Shown here: positions 10,889-20,945 of the stretch, one piece after another | How positions within the stretch are numbered: the stretch's first letter is position 1 | Layout of the letters: every line of letters starts with the position of its first letter | NCBI GenBank assembly: GCA_965200315.1 | Contig: OZ241362.1 | Coordinates: 1,920,001-1,984,000, forward strand | Source: Candidatus Latescibacterota bacterium | GTDB taxonomy: Bacteria; Latescibacterota; UBA2968; UBA8231 | Reading direction: 5' to 3' | Length of the DNA stretch: 64,000 bases | The notes under the pieces: model-generated | What the model saw: the letters and a program-made list of their open reading frames with translations, nothing else | Told to the model about the DNA's origin: nothing | Databases searched by the model: none | Made by a program: the position numbers and the translations under genes

Positions 10889-11756
10889 ACAACAGCTCCT
10901 CGCACAATTTGCAACCGATCATCCGGCGGAAGTCGCGTCCTCCCTAGCGGCCATGTCGCATCGAGAAGTGGCGCTGGTGCTCGGCGACCTCGCGCCAGCA
11001 GTTGCCGCAGGCCTCTTGCACTACCTGCCGTCGCTTTCTGCGGCCCTCTCCCTAGAGCAGCTATCCGTCGAAGATGCTGCCGCCATACTCATTGCCATGC
11101 GCCCGGATATGGCCGCGTCCATCTTGCGGGCGACCCCAAACGAGCACCGGGCCGCCGCCGTCGAGTGTTTTCCCGCGCGCCGCCAAGCAGTGATTGCTAA
11201 TCTGCTCATCTACGCCGAGGATACAGCCGGAGCGCTCATGGACCCGCAGGTGATCACCGCATTCGAGCAGGAATCGGTGCGCCAAGTGCTCGCACGGCTC
11301 CAGCGCAATCCCGCGCACACCCTCTACTACCTCTATGTGGTAGCCAACAATCAGCAGCTCGTCGGCGTCGTCAACATGAGAGAGTTGCTGGGCGCACGGC
11401 CCGATGTATCGCTCGCGTCCGTCTGCACGCGCCACGTCGCGTCCATTGCCGCCAGCGCCACTTGGCAAACCGTGGTGGGACACCCAGCGTGGGGAAGCGT
11501 CCACGCGCTGCCCGTGGTGGATCAGACCGGCCGGTTCGTCGGTGTCATCCGCTACAAAACCGTCCGCGATTTGGAGCAACGCCAAGCGAGCGACGCGCTG
11601 ATAGATAGTGGCTTGCAAACGGCCTCAGCCCTCGGCGAACTATTTGGTCTCGGCCTGCGCGGATTGTTTGGCCTCGGCTTGCACGGCCTGTTCCAATCGC
11701 CAACTTCCGGGACCGCAGCTAGCTCGGGTAATCAGGAGTCGCGATGGGACAGCTAA
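10878..11756 (+). CDS. MgtE N-terminal domain plus CBS pair protein (no TM domain)
   Basis: YAEDTAGALMD, YYLYVV..LVGVV.MRELL, LPVVD..GRFVGVI. Overlaps both neighbouring genes. Confidence 0.8.
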   Translation: MNLEQQLLAQFATDHPAEVASSLAAMSHREVALVLGDLAPAVAAGLLHYLPSLSAALSLEQLSVEDAAAILIAMRPDMAASILRATPNEHRAAAVECFPARRQAVIANLLIYAEDTAGALMDPQVITAFEQESVRQVLARLQRNPAHTLYYLYVVANNQQLVGVVNMRELLGARPDVSLASVCTRHVASIAASATWQTVVGHPAWGSVHALPVVDQTGRFVGVIRYKTVRDLEQRQASDALIDSGLQTASALGELFGLGLRGLFGLGLHGLFQSPTSGTAASSGNQESRWDS

Positions 11757-13054
11757 CTCCGCGCCAAGTGCTCATCCAGCGATTCGTCGAACTCCATCCC
11801 GAGGAAGCAGCGCGTCAGCTAAACGACGCCGAGGTGGAAGAAGCCGTCGGCGCATTGCAAGGCGTGGACGATGCGGTCGCGGCAACCGTCTTGCAGCGGA
11901 TGGAGCAGGAGCGCAGCGCACACATTTTAGCGCACTTGGACGACGCAGCTTTGAGTCGCCTTCTCAACCAACTCGACCCGGCCATTACGGCAAGGCTAGT
12001 TGCGCATCTCGACGAGCTGGTGAGTACGCGGATTCTCGAGTTGGCGGGCGCAGAGCGCGGCCGAGAAATCCAAGAAATTCTCTCCTATCCCCCGGGCACA
12101 GCCGGTTCCCTGATGGATGCCCAAGTCAGCACCTTTGCAGTGGATTGCACGGTAGGCACCGCGCTAGTGCGCATCCGCCAGCTCGGCAATCGCCGCGCCA
12201 CAGATCTCGTACTGCACGACGAAAATAATCGCTACGCGGGCTTGGTGCGGCTGCCGGACGTAGTCGCCGCTGACCCAGAATTGTCGCTCGGCGAACTCCG
12301 CGATGGCGCGGCCGTGCAAGTGCAGCCCATGACGCCGCGGGACGAAGTCGTCGAACTCCTCAACACCTACCGCCTCACCAGCCTGCCGGTGGTCGATTTC
12401 CAAGAGCAAGTAGTAGGTGTCATTCGCCACGATGGCCTCGTGAGTGCGGCACAGCAAAACTTAGCGGCCGGTGTTCAAGAAATGGTCGGCGCGTCCGCCG
12501 AAGAGCGCACCTTGTCCAAGCCGTGGGTGGGCATTCGCAGCCGGCTACCTTGGCTCAACATCAACCTCGTAACCGCCTTTCTCGCGGCTGCGGTCGTCGG
12601 CCTCTTTGAGGACACCATTGCCAAGTTTACCGCGCTCGCGGTCCTACTACCCGTAGTTGCGGGGCAGTCGGGCAACACCGGTGCGCAGGCCCTCGCCGTG
12701 ACCATGCGGGGGCTCGCACTGCGCGAAATCCGCACCTCGCACGCGGCCCGCGTCCTCGCCAAGGAGCTAGCCATCGGCTTTTGCAACGGACTGGCCATTG
12801 CCGCGGTGACCGCCATCGGCGTCTTCATCTGGAGCCAGAGTTTGGGGCTAGCCCTCGTCATGTTGTGCTCCATGTTGGCGTCCATGATGCTCGCATCCAT
12901 AGCGGGCGCGGCCATCCCGGTCGTGCTGGTCAAGCTCGGCCACGACCCCGCGACCGCGGCCTCGATCATTCTCACAACCGCGACCGACATCGTGGGCTTC
13001 CTTTCGTTTTTGGGCTTGGCGACGCTATTGTCCAGTATGCTCCCGACCGGCTAG
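11744..13054 (+). CDS. mgtE: Magnesium transporter MgtE
   Basis: YPPGTAGSLM, CBS pair, RLPWL.INL, GQSGNTGAQA, DPATAASIILTTATD. Confidence 0.93.
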   Translation: MGQLTPRQVLIQRFVELHPEEAARQLNDAEVEEAVGALQGVDDAVAATVLQRMEQERSAHILAHLDDAALSRLLNQLDPAITARLVAHLDELVSTRILELAGAERGREIQEILSYPPGTAGSLMDAQVSTFAVDCTVGTALVRIRQLGNRRATDLVLHDENNRYAGLVRLPDVVAADPELSLGELRDGAAVQVQPMTPRDEVVELLNTYRLTSLPVVDFQEQVVGVIRHDGLVSAAQQNLAAGVQEMVGASAEERTLSKPWVGIRSRLPWLNINLVTAFLAAAVVGLFEDTIAKFTALAVLLPVVAGQSGNTGAQALAVTMRGLALREIRTSHAARVLAKELAIGFCNGLAIAAVTAIGVFIWSQSLGLALVMLCSMLASMMLASIAGAAIPVVLVKLGHDPATAASIILTTATDIVGFLSFLGLATLLSSMLPTG

Positions 13055-13171
13055 AAACAACGGCCATTGCAGCGTTTTAAACTCTTCATGCAGCTCGCAA
13101 TTCCCACAACGGACATTGCGGCTCTTTATATTCATTAACGCGACTATAACGCGAAACAAGGAGACCCTTCA

Positions 13172-14122
13172 GTGGACGCCATCGCAGCCATCGGCGGCAG
13201 CCGGCCCCTCAAAGCCGAGGAATACGCTCGCCGCGCTTACAACTATGCCCTCAATCCCGCCCGCAACCCGCTCAAAGAAACCCTCGACCAGTGCGAGTCG
13301 GTGGCCAAAACCCCACCCCTGCTGGGCGGCTTCAACGACGTGCCGTGGCACAAACTGCGCGACGCCGAGGTCCACGCTTGGGCCAAGGCCGGCTGGTCGT
13401 GGATCGTCAACGACGCCGAGCACAGCCAGTGGGAAGGCTGGTATGGCCGCGAGCAAAACGCCGTCCTCGCCCGCCACGGCATCCTGCCAGTCCAGCGCCT
13501 AGCCCGCGAGGCCCGCTCTGAACACGGCGACGCTTTCCAGCTCGGAGCGCGGGCGACGATGCGCCCCTATGGCACCACCTACGAAGAAGCTGAGCGCTAC
13601 TTCCGCGCCATCAACTTCCCCGTCCCCGGCCAAGCCACCCCAGACGATCGCGGCGGGTATCCGGTGCGCGACGGCGAGCGGACCATGATGTTCACGCCCG
13701 ACGAACTGCGCGGCACCGAGACCGAGACCCAAGGTTGGATCCAGTTTGAGACCAAGGAATACATCATCGACATCGAGACCCGCGACCGCGTCCTCGACCT
13801 GATGGCCGCCCAAGGGCGCAACAAGGCATGTGGCTTTGTCGGCCCCTTCGACGCCATCCTGCGCGAGGGCGACCTGCCCGAAGTCAACGCCGCAGTCAAC
13901 GCCCTCTTCCGCGCCGCGGCCGAGCGCGGCGTCCACACTGGCCGCGTCGTGGGGCACGGCGCAATGGAAGACCCCCAAGACATCGAAGACGGCATGGTCG
14001 AGGCCATCGACAACGGCGCGCGCCTAATTTGCGTACACCCCCTCACCAGTGACATGGTCTTTCGCGGGGCCTACGCCATGGCCGAGCCTTTCTTCCGCGC
14101 CTGCAAGCGCTGCGGCTTTTGA
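13172..14122 (+). CDS. HpcH/HpaI aldolase-like protein
   Basis: AGWSWIVNDAEHS (cf. D.EH), QFET, FVGPFD; AAGGAG RBS before GTG. Confidence 0.7.
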   Translation: MDAIAAIGGSRPLKAEEYARRAYNYALNPARNPLKETLDQCESVAKTPPLLGGFNDVPWHKLRDAEVHAWAKAGWSWIVNDAEHSQWEGWYGREQNAVLARHGILPVQRLAREARSEHGDAFQLGARATMRPYGTTYEEAERYFRAINFPVPGQATPDDRGGYPVRDGERTMMFTPDELRGTETETQGWIQFETKEYIIDIETRDRVLDLMAAQGRNKACGFVGPFDAILREGDLPEVNAAVNALFRAAAERGVHTGRVVGHGAMEDPQDIEDGMVEAIDNGARLICVHPLTSDMVFRGAYAMAEPFFRACKRCGF

Positions 14123-14150
14123 ACATTCCCTCACAATTTTAGGAGACCTT

Positions 14151-14921
14151 ATGCACCTGTTTTGCGTACTAATCGGCGTGGTCGCGCTAGTGGGCACTGC
14201 CGTCCATGCTCAATCCGAAGACGACGCTCCAGCGGAGGCAACAGTCGCCCCTGCCGTCCATCCCCCCCTCAGCTACGACCCCTACTATGTCCTGCCGGGC
14301 GGGCTAGGTTACACTAGCGTCGATGTTGGCGTCCGCACTGCTTCCTCCACGTTCAAAGAGCTCAAGGACGTGAGCGATATCGTGGCCATGGCCAAATTCA
14401 ATCCTCACGCTCGCGTTGAAGTGGGCGCACATCTCACCTTTGGCTTTTTCAAAGATGGAAATTCCAACTTTTCGTCGCTCGTAGTCGGCAGCAAGTACCA
14501 ACTCGGTACCAACCGCGCGGTGACCGCTAACATCGCGCTACCTGCTGGCGACATCGCTAATCCCGGCTTGGTCGTCGGTCTCATGCAGACCGTGGAGTTT
14601 GGCACGGCCTTTCGCCTCAACAGTCATCTACAGGTCGCCGCGCTAAAAGGCTACACCCATGCCTACGAAGGTAAAGGCGCGATAGGCAGCCTCTTGGTCG
14701 AGCCGGCGATAATATTCAGCGAAAAACTAAGCGCGTACCTCGACTTGTCCATTGCGTCCAACACCTCCGACTTGGAAGGCTACCTCAGAGTCCGCTTAGA
14801 GCCGAATTTCGACATCGGCCTCGGCGATGGCATGGTGCTGAACTCAGGAGTGAGCGTGGATTTGCAGGGCGACGAACAAGAGGACGTGGGGCTGTTTATA
14901 GTGCTATTGCGCGACATGTAG
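14151..14921 (+). CDS. Secreted/outer-membrane beta-strand-rich hypothetical protein
   Basis: AGGAGA RBS, ATG 14151, signal peptide ...AVHA, alternating beta-strand pattern. Confidence 0.65.
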   Translation: MHLFCVLIGVVALVGTAVHAQSEDDAPAEATVAPAVHPPLSYDPYYVLPGGLGYTSVDVGVRTASSTFKELKDVSDIVAMAKFNPHARVEVGAHLTFGFFKDGNSNFSSLVVGSKYQLGTNRAVTANIALPAGDIANPGLVVGLMQTVEFGTAFRLNSHLQVAALKGYTHAYEGKGAIGSLLVEPAIIFSEKLSAYLDLSIASNTSDLEGYLRVRLEPNFDIGLGDGMVLNSGVSVDLQGDEQEDVGLFIVLLRDM

Positions 14922-14972
14922 GGGTTTCACAGAGCGTCCCAATCGCCATCTCGCTGGCAACGCCCCTGACAA

Positions 14973-16907
14973 TCACCAGCTAAAAATGCGGTTGTCGGTC
15001 ATGCCAGTGCAGGCGTCGATAACCAGCCAGACTCCGGCGCTGGCAAACTGGCCGAGGATCGCCCCGAGGAAGAACGGGCGAACGGCGCGGAAGCCACGCG
15101 GCCCCCAGTATTTGAGCACGATGGCCTTGCAAAGCCACGCTAAAAAGATCGAAAACCAAGAGTGACTCATCAGCCAGAGGCCGGCAATGGGGAAGCCAAT
15201 GGGGTGTAGAGGCCACCACGTCAGGTAGTGCCGGGCCAGCATCAGGCCGCCCATGATTGCCGCGCCAACCCCGGTAGAAAACCAGCCCTCCCAGCTAGGC
15301 CCAGTGGGGTTGACCAAGAGGCGGGCGACAAAGCTCTCGAAGGGCGCGCGAGCGCCGCCGCCAAAAAACCAGCGGTTGAGGTTGATGCCGCCGTAGCGGT
15401 AGGACAGATCGAGGATCGCCCACATCGAACTAACCATGCTGACCAGCACCGCGAGCATCAGCGCCCAGAAGAAGGGACGATGGCGTCCCTGTTGGCCGTC
15501 GAGCAGCTTGAGGGCGTGGGCGGCCGAGGCCATTACTACGACGCGGAGTTCAGTGGCCCAAGTAAAGGAAAAGCCGAGCGCGGTAATGCCGGTTTCGCCG
15601 ACCGTGGTCGTGCCAATTCCCGTGGCGACGAAGCTCTGCGGCATCATTGGCGTGCGCGCTTCGGGCACCCCACTTTCGGCGACAATGCGGGTCAGTGCCA
15701 CGAAAATGGCAAAGGCGCTAATCAGAAAGAGCAGGGCCACTAGCGGCGGCATGCCGCTCAGATAGAGCCAAACCCCGGCAAAACCCAAGCTCGCCAACGC
15801 GCCTCCGACCGCGACTCGGTAGGAGAGTATCTCGTCCGAGTCATCGACATCCGCGGCATTGAAAAACGCCTTGCGGCACACATCCTTGAGGTGCCCGCGT
15901 CCCACCCACAGCGTAAGAGCGACGAGCGCGAGCAGCGCCCCCATTTCCTGATGGGCAATCGCCGGTGGATTGACGCTAAAAGTGTCTAATGCTTCGCCAG
16001 AGGTGACGCCGAGCACACCGTATAGTCCCTTTTGCACATTGACCAGCACGTTGCAAAACCACAGGCTGAAAGCGATCTCGAGGTTGATCAGGTAGGCAAA
16101 GCCGAGTACCGGGAAGCTGAGCACCACCGGCAGATGCACGGTGTCGCGGAAAAGGCTAATGCCCGAGGAGAGCTGGATTTGCGGAAAGACGTGGAAGTAG
16201 TTGTGAAAGGCATTGGTCGAAGAGATGAGACAGGGAATGGCAAAGCCGATCCACAAGCTGGCGCTTTTGAAAAACGGCGGCAGCCGACTCTCGTCACTTT
16301 GGCGCACCATGTCGAGCGGCAATTGCGCGAGCGGATAGATGAGCTTTTCGCGCTCGATCCACTGGCGGCGGAGGACGACGGCGACGCAAATCATGGCGAA
16401 GTACACGGCGACAATGAGGGTGCTCCACCCAAGCAAGGGGAGCAGCCAAGCGTCCCAAGGAATGGACGCGCCCGTGGGCAACCCCTCGTAGAAGTGCTTG
16501 ATGGCGCGAGCGTCGTCGGGAACCAAGAAGTCGCGGATGTAGGGATGGAACAGGTCGTCCCAGCGGTTTTCCGGCGTGGCGAAGTAGAGCCAAGACCCCA
16601 TGATCGGCAAGAGGTATTCAGAGAGGCCACAGGTGGTAATCGCCGAGGCGATGAGCATCATGCTATAGATCAGGAGTAACTCGGCGCGGGCGAGTCCGCC
16701 GCTGGGAAAGACGCATTTGTACAGCGCGTTGAATACGCCGACCAAAAAGAAGAACAGGAAGAGTGCCCCAGGAGTGGAAAAGTCTTGGGTCATATACGAG
16801 CCGCGCAGGACCATGTTGCAATAGGGAGCACCCGCGGCGAGAATAGCGGCACAGAGTGCGCCCAAAAAGAAGGCCCTGAAGGTGTACCCTGAGCGGGGAA
16901 GAGACAT
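14973..16907 (-). CDS. Second DUF6785/DUF6784-type membrane protein (paralog of 7180-9123)
   Basis: Shared motifs FATPENRW, FYEGLP.G.SIPW.AWL.PL, RRQWIEREKLIYPL, YGGINL, WWPLHPIG. Confidence 0.78.
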   Translation of the reverse strand: MSLPRSGYTFRAFFLGALCAAILAAGAPYCNMVLRGSYMTQDFSTPGALFLFFFLVGVFNALYKCVFPSGGLARAELLLIYSMMLIASAITTCGLSEYLLPIMGSWLYFATPENRWDDLFHPYIRDFLVPDDARAIKHFYEGLPTGASIPWDAWLLPLLGWSTLIVAVYFAMICVAVVLRRQWIEREKLIYPLAQLPLDMVRQSDESRLPPFFKSASLWIGFAIPCLISSTNAFHNYFHVFPQIQLSSGISLFRDTVHLPVVLSFPVLGFAYLINLEIAFSLWFCNVLVNVQKGLYGVLGVTSGEALDTFSVNPPAIAHQEMGALLALVALTLWVGRGHLKDVCRKAFFNAADVDDSDEILSYRVAVGGALASLGFAGVWLYLSGMPPLVALLFLISAFAIFVALTRIVAESGVPEARTPMMPQSFVATGIGTTTVGETGITALGFSFTWATELRVVVMASAAHALKLLDGQQGRHRPFFWALMLAVLVSMVSSMWAILDLSYRYGGINLNRWFFGGGARAPFESFVARLLVNPTGPSWEGWFSTGVGAAIMGGLMLARHYLTWWPLHPIGFPIAGLWLMSHSWFSIFLAWLCKAIVLKYWGPRGFRAVRPFFLGAILGQFASAGVWLVIDACTGMTDNRIFSW

Positions 16908-17043
16908 AGTGTTTTCTCGCTGATTCATATTCCACGGAACCTGTCGCGCTCGCCGAGGCGCTTCGCTGTGTTTGCCAAATAGTAGGGCCTTCACTAGCAG
17001 TAATCCAGAATAGACGGAGTTGATGCGATGAGCGGTGCTCTAG

Positions 17044-17601
17044 GAATCCTCACTGCCGTGGCTCGACTTCCCCCGCCACCTGCCGCCGGGGCTGGCGGAA
17101 TACGCAAAGGACTGGCTCGAACACCCGAACCGGCGGGCTTGGAAGTTCGACGAGGTGCATGAGGAAGTAGCCGTCCCCAACCTCGACTTCAGCGGCTGGT
17201 ACGACCACTGCAACGGCTCGATGCAGCACCTACAGCTCATGCAGCGCCATGGTCGCACCGAGCAGGCGCGTTCGCAGACAAAGCTGATCGCCGGCCCGTG
17301 GAATCACCCCAGCCTCGGCAGCCGCACGGTAGCCGGGTTCGACTTCGGCCCACAGGCCGAGCTCGATCTGCCGGACCTAATCATCCGCTGGTTCGACCAC
17401 TGGCTCAAGGGGATCGACAATGGCGTCAACCGCGAGCCAGCCGTGCGCTACTTTGTGATGGCTGGACGGCAGGGACAATGGCGCTCGGCCAGCACTTGGC
17501 CGCCAGCGGACACCGCGCCCTGTGGCTGGTGGACGAGCACCCGCCCACAGGAGAGACGGCGAGCGGACCAGCACCGGAGGCTGCCTGTGTGCGTGGGGTA
17601 A
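17044..17601 (+). pseudogene. Internal fragment of a CocE/NonD family hydrolase
   Basis: SGWYD, LIAGPWNH, DFGPQAELD, RWFDHWLKGIDNG, PAVRYFVM..W...TWPP. No N-terminal catalytic part; degenerates after TWPP. Confidence 0.8.
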
Positions 17602-17603
17602 GC

Positions 17604-17629
17604 GGGCGAACACATAGGTTCGCCCCTAC
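17604..17629 (-). repeat. GTAG-type REP palindrome
   Basis: Minus strand GTAGGGGCGAACCTATGTGTTCGCCC. Degenerate relative at ~20923-20949. Confidence 0.7.
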
Positions 17630-17630
17630 A

Positions 17631-17850
17631 AAAAATCGGGCGGGCCCGATGCGCAGGATACGCCGGCGAACACAGCAGGGCCACCCAACCAAACAATCGG
17701 GCGAACCCGATCACACGATACGCCGGCGAACACAGCAGGGCGACACGACAAAAAAATCGGGCGAACCCGATCACACGATGCACAGGCGAACACAGCGAGG
17801 CGACACGACAAAAAATCGGGCGAACCCGATGCACACGATACGCCGGCGAT
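17631..17850. repeat. Tandem array of ~3.7 x 60-bp units, each carrying an ATCGGG-N4-CCCGAT hairpin
   Basis: Units begin at ~17631, 17691, 17751 and 17811 with consensus AAAAATCGGGCGAACCCGATCACACGATACGCCGGCGAACACAGCAGGGCGACACGACA. Confidence 0.85.
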
Positions 17851-17888
17851 CTTAGCCTCGGTACGCGCCATCAGTTCGTCGCACGAAT

Positions 17889-18992
17889 CTAAGAAGTCTG
17901 CAACCGCCGCACCCGCGCCGGGGTGTGATCTTGGGTGATCTCCGAGGAGAGAATGCCCAACGAACGGTCCGCTAGCGGCAGATCCACGCGGACCAAACCG
18001 GCGCGGTGCGATTGGCGCAGAGCAATGGCCACTTCGAGGGCGGCCCGGCCATCATCGCCCGAGCAGCGCGGAGCCGATCCCGTCTCAATGGCCTCGATCA
18101 GATCATCTATAATGGTCAGGCCCATGCCCTGTATGCGCGTCGGATAGGGAAAGGGCACGTACGCAGGTACGCCGCGGCCCCGGTTGCCGCCCGCAGCCGT
18201 GCGGATGTACTCCATTTGCGTGCAATTAGCTATAGATCGGATGCGGCCCTCAGTGCCAATGACGTCGATTTCCCAAGCCGCGACCCCGGTGGGCGTGGCG
18301 CGGATAAAGGCTCGCACCCCATTGTCAAAGACGAGGTAACCATTGCCCTGCGGGTCGGTCTCGCCCGCGGCCGCGGCGTCTGATTCCATTTCGCCAAAAA
18401 CCCACTCCACCTGCCCTCCGGCCATGTAGCGCACAATATCGAGGAGGTGGCTGCCGTTGTGCGACAGGCCGCACTGGGCGTAGCCGGTAACTTGGAGGAT
18501 TCGCCCCAGCGCACCTTGGTCAATGAGGCGGCGGGCCTCGCTGAAGAACGGATTCCAGCGGCGGGCGCAGTTGATGGCCAAGGCCGTGCCGTGTTGGCGG
18601 CAGGTCTCGACCATGGCATCGGCTTCAGCCAAGGTCAGGGCGATGGGCTTTTCGGCCCAGATGGCTTTGACGCCGGCGCGGGCGCAGTCCTCGACGATTT
18701 GCGAGCGGATGCGGGCTGTGGTGCAGACGCTGACCAAGTCGAGGTTTTCTCGCTCTAGCATTGGGCGGTAGTCGCTGTAGAGATGGTCTTGCTCTAAGCC
18801 CCAGCGGTCGCCGAAGATGGCGCGTTGTTCGTCATGCACATCGGCTCCAGCCACCAGTTCCGTATGGGGCGAAGCGCAGTACGAGGGGGCGTGGCAATAG
18901 GGCAGAAAAATGGAACCTCCTTCGCTCATTTCATCGTCGAACGTGCTGCCCATGCGGCCCAAGCCGATAACGGCGGCGCGATACGTAGTCAT
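17889..18992 (-). CDS. Gfo/Idh/MocA family oxidoreductase
   Basis: YRAAVIGLGRMG, IWAEKPIA, HNGSH; GGAGGAG RBS before ATG 18992. Confidence 0.92.
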   Translation of the reverse strand: MTTYRAAVIGLGRMGSTFDDEMSEGGSIFLPYCHAPSYCASPHTELVAGADVHDEQRAIFGDRWGLEQDHLYSDYRPMLERENLDLVSVCTTARIRSQIVEDCARAGVKAIWAEKPIALTLAEADAMVETCRQHGTALAINCARRWNPFFSEARRLIDQGALGRILQVTGYAQCGLSHNGSHLLDIVRYMAGGQVEWVFGEMESDAAAAGETDPQGNGYLVFDNGVRAFIRATPTGVAAWEIDVIGTEGRIRSIANCTQMEYIRTAAGGNRGRGVPAYVPFPYPTRIQGMGLTIIDDLIEAIETGSAPRCSGDDGRAALEVAIALRQSHRAGLVRVDLPLADRSLGILSSEITQDHTPARVRRLQTS

Positions 18993-19252
18993 GGTCTCCT
19001 CCGGCGTTTGATGAGGGTGGGACTCTGCGGAAAAAGAAAGAAGCGGCTCAAAGCACATGAGACCGAGAGCATCTCGTCCTCAAAACGCGCTTGGCCTAAC
19101 TCAAGGAACGCTACAAAGCACTGTGCAGCAAGTCGTTTTATAATGCTATAGCATCCTACATGACTGGCAGTGCTTGCCGGGTTGTGCTCTCATCGAACTT
19201 GGCCCGGCCGGTGCTTGGTGGTTCGTGCGTCCGTCCTTGGGGGGGCCGGCCT

Positions 19253-19331
19253 GCGGGCGTCTCGCCGCGTGGCGGGAAGAATGACACACGCATCCGCAAA
19301 ATCCCCAAGATCGAGGGCAGCCTGCCCGCGA
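19253..19331. repeat. Dispersed REP-like palindrome pair (GCGGGCGTCTCGCC(C)GC and TCGAGGGCA..CTGCCC.CGA)
   Basis: Related copies at 44005-44087 and 54273-54289, all intergenic. Confidence 0.6.
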
Positions 19332-19388
19332 AAAACACCGCATCCCCAAACTGCCCGCCCGCTCTATCGTAGGAAGGATGTAGAACAA

Positions 19389-20834
19389 CTATAGATAGGG
19401 ATAGGTCGCTTCTGGATCGTAGTCCGGCAGCAGCGCGTCATGGGGTTGGCCGGGGATTAAGCGCGTCCCATCCACAAAACCTTCTGGTCGGTCTTTGAGG
19501 AATTCGCTGAGGCGATTTCGCCAAGGCTGCATCCTAATCTCAGCGTCGGCATCGCGCGACAAGTCGCGCATTTCTTGCGGGTCTTCGTCCAAATCGAAAA
19601 GGTGTTCTTGGCCCGTTTGGGAATACCAGATGTATTTGCAGTGCCCATCGGTGACAAAATGATTGCCGTGGTCGCGGGCGTAGCAGCCAGCGTGTTCGCC
19701 GTGGAGAAATTCCCTGACGCCATCGGCGTCGCCTTGCATGACGGGCAACAGGCTTTTGCCCGTGCAGGTAGCGGGAATGTCGATGCCGGCCGCGTCGAGG
19801 ATGGTGGGCATGATGTCTTGGATGCCGACGGGACGTTGGCAGACGACTCCTTCGGGATAGCCCCAATTTTTGGGGGCACGCATGAAGAATGGGACTCGGG
19901 CCGACGCTTCGTAAGGCCAAGTTTTGCGAAAGAGGTTGTGGTCGCCCAGCATTTCGCCGTGGTCGGAGGTGAAGAGGACCAAGCAGTTGTCGAGGCTCCC
20001 GGTAAACTGGATGAGGCGGCCGAGTTGGTCGTCTATAAAGTTGATCATGCCGTAATAAGCGGCGCGACAACAGCGCATATCGCGTGCGCTGAGACGAATT
20101 TCCCACTCATTGGGATTGAGCCCTTTTTGCGGGCCATCGAATGCGGGAGCCCAGTCGCCGACGACGGGATCGGGCAGGCTGCGGTGGATATAGCGGTCGT
20201 AATAAGGAGCGGGTGGCGTGAGCGGAGGGTGGGGGTCGATAAAGGAAACATTGAGAAAAAACGGTGCCGAAGGATCGCGCTTGCGCAGAAAGTCCATAGC
20301 CCGGTCGACACACCAGAAGGTGTGCATCTGTTCTTCCGGCAAATGGTGTGGGCGACCGATCCAGCCGTTGGCGGAAACGCCGTGGGCCATGCCGGGCTCT
20401 ACTTCATGGCGGCCGTGGTATTGCCGCAGCCATTCGACGTAGTCGTTGTCGGCATCCCGGGTAGCATCGGCCAGTTGCATGTGGTCAAATCCGTAGCGCT
20501 TGCGCTGGGGGGTTAAGTGGAGTTTGCCGATCATCTCCGTCTGATAACCTGCCTTGGACAGCTCGCCGGCCAAGGTGTGCGGTGGCTGCCACTCAGCCCC
20601 TCTGAAGCCAACGGCTCCATTGGCGGCCGGGGCCGTGCCGGTCATCAGGCAGCGGCGGGCGGGAATGCAACTGGGGCATTCTGAGTAGCCGTGGTGAAAG
20701 TGTGTGCCGGTGCGGGCAAGCCAGTCTAAGTTAGGAGTTTGCAGGCACGAGGGGCTGTGGGGGTCGAGCCCGAGGCAGTCGCCGCGCTGCTGGTCGGTCA
20801 TAATGAGTAAGATATTGGGGCGGGTGTCTGGCAT
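19389..20834 (-). CDS. Formylglycine-dependent (Cys-type) sulfatase
   Basis: RPNILLIMTDQQR, CIPARRCLMTG (CxPxR), GKLH, FTSDHGEMLGDH, LFDLDEDPQE. Confidence 0.95.
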   Translation of the reverse strand: MPDTRPNILLIMTDQQRGDCLGLDPHSPSCLQTPNLDWLARTGTHFHHGYSECPSCIPARRCLMTGTAPAANGAVGFRGAEWQPPHTLAGELSKAGYQTEMIGKLHLTPQRKRYGFDHMQLADATRDADNDYVEWLRQYHGRHEVEPGMAHGVSANGWIGRPHHLPEEQMHTFWCVDRAMDFLRKRDPSAPFFLNVSFIDPHPPLTPPAPYYDRYIHRSLPDPVVGDWAPAFDGPQKGLNPNEWEIRLSARDMRCCRAAYYGMINFIDDQLGRLIQFTGSLDNCLVLFTSDHGEMLGDHNLFRKTWPYEASARVPFFMRAPKNWGYPEGVVCQRPVGIQDIMPTILDAAGIDIPATCTGKSLLPVMQGDADGVREFLHGEHAGCYARDHGNHFVTDGHCKYIWYSQTGQEHLFDLDEDPQEMRDLSRDADAEIRMQPWRNRLSEFLKDRPEGFVDGTRLIPGQPHDALLPDYDPEATYPYL

Positions 20835-20945
20835 ATCATTCTCCTCTTAAGGACCTGATGTTGCGCATCGGAGCCGAAGGGGTCATCTGTGCATCGCCTA
20901 CTCAGAAGGGCATGGTTATCGGCGCGAACACATAGGCGTGATCAC

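Noticed and set aside
17631-17850. Possible CRISPR array
   Set aside because: The whole 60-bp unit is repeated, there are no unique spacers, and no cas genes are present.
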